DNA from: Moniliella sp. 'wahieum'
Lineage: Eukaryota
Direction of reading: 5' to 3'
Assembly (NCBI GenBank): GCA_003971905.1
Contig: RSEE01000008.1
Coordinates: 496,001-560,000, forward strand
DNA: 64,000 nt
Shown here: positions 60,863 to 64,000 of the stretch, in pieces
Layout of the letters: each line of letters starts with the position of its first letter
Position numbering within the stretch: position 1 is the first letter of the stretch
Notes under the pieces: model-generated
Databases searched by the model: none
The model's input: only the letters and a program-made list of their open reading frames with translations
Told to the model about the DNA's origin: nothing
Made by a program: the position numbers and the translations under genes

Positions 60863-62422
60863 GAACGTTCTTGGGGGGTGCGGCGTGTAGTGCGTTTGGC
60901 AACAGGACTACATCCCCACCACCACCACCACCTTCTCCTGCTCTTCCTTCTTGCCTCTCTTCGTGTTGCCTTGGACCGAGACTGTGGCGTGGTAAGCCAA
61001 TGGGCTTCTATGCGCTGACTACGATGCGCGTCGTGCCCGCCGCAGTGCGCGAGCTGGATCCCCACGATGCCCTCCTGGGGTTGCCCCTGCCGCCCCCCCT
61101 TGCCCACCGGCGCAATATCGTGGGCGATACCCATATTCAACCCCAACCCCCGCGCCCGCACCATCATCACTGCCTCACTACTTTCCGGCCACCCCACCAC
61201 CACCATCACCACCTGTCGGAGCTGCCTCCCCTGTCGGCGGAGGAGCAGGCAGAGGATGAGCATGCCCTGTCCCGTGTTCGCGCACGCATTCCCATGGCAG
61301 ATCGCCACATCCAGCGCCTCGTTGACGCTGCCGCCGACTGGGCGTTCGAACACCCTCGGTCGTAGCCCCTCCTCCAGATTTTGAACGCCTGGTATTGCAC
61401 AAGCTCGATGCCCACCTTCCACTTGATGATGGGACGCACTATGCCCTACGCCTTTCCGTTCGCACTCCCTCCCTGTCCCGAATAACCTCGCCTGCGCGAC
61501 GCAGTGCCAGAACAGCTTCTCCAGCCGACTCAGAGTCCTTACAGCAATCCCCACGCATATCTTGTTCTTCCTCACTCTCTTCGTCGTCATCTGGGCATGC
61601 CCCCTGGGGGCTTACCGCCCACATATCGGTCGCACCCTATATGGGCAACACCCCGCCTTTGGTCCGACTGGACTGGGTACCTTCACGCCGCTTCCCAAGT
61701 CATCCGGTAGCCAATGATATCCCAGCAGCGTTTGGTGTGATTCACAAAACATCAGCACGGGAACGGTACGAGGCCGCGCAAGACCGGGTTCAAGCCAACT
61801 TGACCCAGCACTTTGTGCGCAATCCTCAGCGGATCTCCTGGCACCTATCTCAGCACCGTTACAGCGACCGTTTTCAGAAAGCGCGCCAAGGCGCTCGGCA
61901 TCGTAGTGCCACTACGACGAGCGCCTGGCCACCATCTGCTAGCTCGGTCATCAGCTCCAACACAGAGCAAGTGGTGGGCGCAGCGGCGGATTCCGCTTCG
62001 AGTCGCCGCACCAGGGGTATGTCTCTCTCCTCAGGTGGGCCAAAGGGTCCGTACTCGGCTTCTCCGGACGAGGTGGAGCACCATGCTCAAGAGGGGGATA
62101 CTCAAGAGGGTACGTTTGTGTTCGATGCACTTCTCTGGTCTCAGGATGCGATGGGCCATACCCGTCTGTTGGAGTCGGGCATTGCCAACTTGATCCTCGA
62201 GGACACCATTTTGCCCGAAGACAAACTTGATCGATTTGTCACGCCAATCGTCAAGACACGGGATGGGCCGTTGCCAGGCCTCCTGCGCGCCGAGTTGCTT
62301 GCTCGTGGCATCATTTCCGAAGGCGATGTGCGTGTTCAAGACCTTGTTCAACAGCCGGGGCGGTGGCGGATCTATTTGTGTAATGCAGTGCGGGGGTGTT
62401 TGAGGTGGAATTGGCTACTTGA
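60863..62422 (+). CDS. ABZ2: 4-amino-4-deoxychorismate lyase-like (class IV PLP enzyme, ABZ2-like); frameshifted
   Basis: FYALTTMR, DRHIQRLVDAA, HKTSARERYEAA (PLP lysine region), FDALLW..LLESGIANL, FVTP..LPGLLRAELLARGII.EG and IYLCNAVRG. Start could be 60863 or 61000. Confidence 0.8.
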
Positions 62423-62657
62423 TTGTCTATTGCACCTGTCCCCTGGCTTTTGCCAGAGGGGCTTTCCTTCTCTCTTGACGCGACACGATGCATCGTGTAT
62501 CATAATATTTTGATCGTTTTGATGACTCTACGTCAAGTAGAACGATGCGTTGGTCGCGTAGGAGAACATCATCAGGACAAATAAAGGCATAACACGGGGG
62601 GCGAGATAATAGACAGGTATTGAAAGAAGAGGGACAGGCTGAATACGGGTGAAGCAA

Positions 62658-64000
62658 TCAATATTCTCCCGAGACCGTAGAGGCATCATCGCGAGTGCTG
62701 CTGGCCTCGGACGAGGCCATGGCGGTCGACTCTTCGGTCGCTTCGGTTACCCGCCCCAAACTGTATGCTCGGGACCGAGGGCGAGGCTGGTTTGGACCCC
62801 ATTCGGGTACCTGGACAGCGGTCGAATGCGCTTGGGCCGACCTTTCCGCTTGCCAGGGCTGGGCCAAGAGAGTTTCAGGGTAATCTTCGTCCTGGGCTTC
62901 AGACTCGGTCAGGTCGTCTTCATCCTGCACTTCAAGTTGGCTCGAGGACATTTCACTTGTCCTGGTCACTGTTTCCCCATCGCTACTCGTCACCTCTTCC
63001 TCAGGTGGAGGAGACGGCGGCCGAACATGTGCGCGTGTGGACGGGGACGTCTTGCCGGTACGGGATTCACTTCGGCTGCTTCCCCCCGTCTCAATACTTG
63101 AGCTGAATCGACCTTGGCTTGAGCCAGTGCTTCTCACCACCGAATCGGAACGAGAAGATGCACTGTCTTGGGTTATGACCTTGAGCGTGTTGGATGACCA
63201 CAGCGATACAAGCGCCCACAGGAAAAGTGCCACATTCAACTCTAGTCCCATAAATAGGGAGGTAAATACCAAAAAGGACAAGATGGGGTGGTAGTACAAC
63301 AACCACCTGTCATAAAATGAAACGGAGGTAAGTATGCAACCTAGAGGAGAGACAAATGGAGGCGTGTACGTACCGAAGACCCGTAATGTGAGCGTCAAAC
63401 CGGAGCACAGCACTTTGCGTTTGTAGTTCCCCACGAGACTGGCCCGAAGTGCCCAGCAACCCATCGGAGGAAGGCTGGAGATTGATTTGGATTGATTGGC
63501 GGGTGGAATCAAAGAGGTACGCGTCCGGCCGGCCCACAGTCAGTAAGCCAGACGTGACCCGTAGCGAAGTAGGTGTTGTCCATTGAGACCGCTCTTTGCC
63601 TACATCACGGTGGCTCACAGTACCCGGGTCGAGAAATCCGAGGGGCCCATGCGAGGGTTGCAGCACCTTCCTTCGTAACAGGGGCACCGATATAATTTGT
63701 GTCGGGATGGACCACATTGAAGCTGTCACAGGCGAGGAGCCTTGGGTACTGGAGCCACCACCGGCCATCCAAGTGAGCAGACTTGACATTGAAGGCTGGT
63801 TCATGACCCGAGAGAGCTGGCCAAAGCCCGAACGGGAGCAGGTTCTTGCAAAAGGATAGACTGGATGGGTTCACCCGTTAGCTGTTGATATGCACATACG
63901 GAAAAATACGTACTGGACGCGAAGCCCGCCAAACCGTGGACCCATTTGCGTTGTACAGCTCAAGTGTTGTCATAAAGTTACCCAGACCGACATTGGAAGC
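62658..64000 (-). CDS. SEI1: Seipin (BSCL2/SEI1), 3' part; gene starts beyond the window end; 2 introns seen
   Basis: NVGLGNFMTTLEL..WRASRP, ELQTQSAVLRFDAHITGLR|WLLYYHPILSFLVFTSLFMGLEL (second TM of seipin) and an acidic tail. Introns at 63913-63861 and 63373-63307. Confidence 0.88.

Noticed and set aside
63326..63334. ATACTTACC on the minus strand, like the U1 snRNA 5' end
   Set aside because: It lies at the branch-point position of a 67-nt seipin intron, with no U1 body following.

Overview
Gene-dense, GC-rich fungal nuclear DNA with few, short (about 48-89 nt) GT-AG introns. Gene content and style suggest a basidiomycete, probably Ustilaginomycotina-like (inference). I can support about 19 protein-coding genes: TPS2-like trehalose enzyme (partial), DHA1-type MFS transporter, MPDU1-like PQ-loop protein, kinesin-6, SLC35/TPT-like transporter, mucin-like type I membrane protein, large coiled-coil protein, PIG-S/GPI17, BST1/PGAP1 apparently fused to a Vma22/CCDC115 domain, an unknown membrane protein, ROT1, PEX11-like, Tea4/Bud14-like, a bacterial-type mannose-1-phosphate guanylyltransferase, NDK, an MP88-like secreted protein, CHO2, ABZ2-like lyase and seipin (partial). 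Most genes carry 1-2 nt frameshifts, most likely uncorrected long-read errors, so gene ends are approximate. Two gene-free islands (about 3.1-5.3 kb and 57.3-60.1 kb) share an inverted dispersed repeat. One copy is interrupted by a clean 344-bp TG...CA solo-LTR-like insertion with a 5-bp target-site duplication, and the other copy is the empty site. The most unusual signals are: (1) a recurring intergenic grammar of short palindromes centred on T-N-A, often chained; (2) the BST1-Vma22 fusion placed head-to-head with PIG-S; (3) the bacterial-type GDP-mannose pyrophosphorylase in a neighbourhood rich in GPI, mannosylation and ER genes. I recognised no tRNA, rRNA or CRISPR features. No database search was possible, so novelty is unverified throughout.
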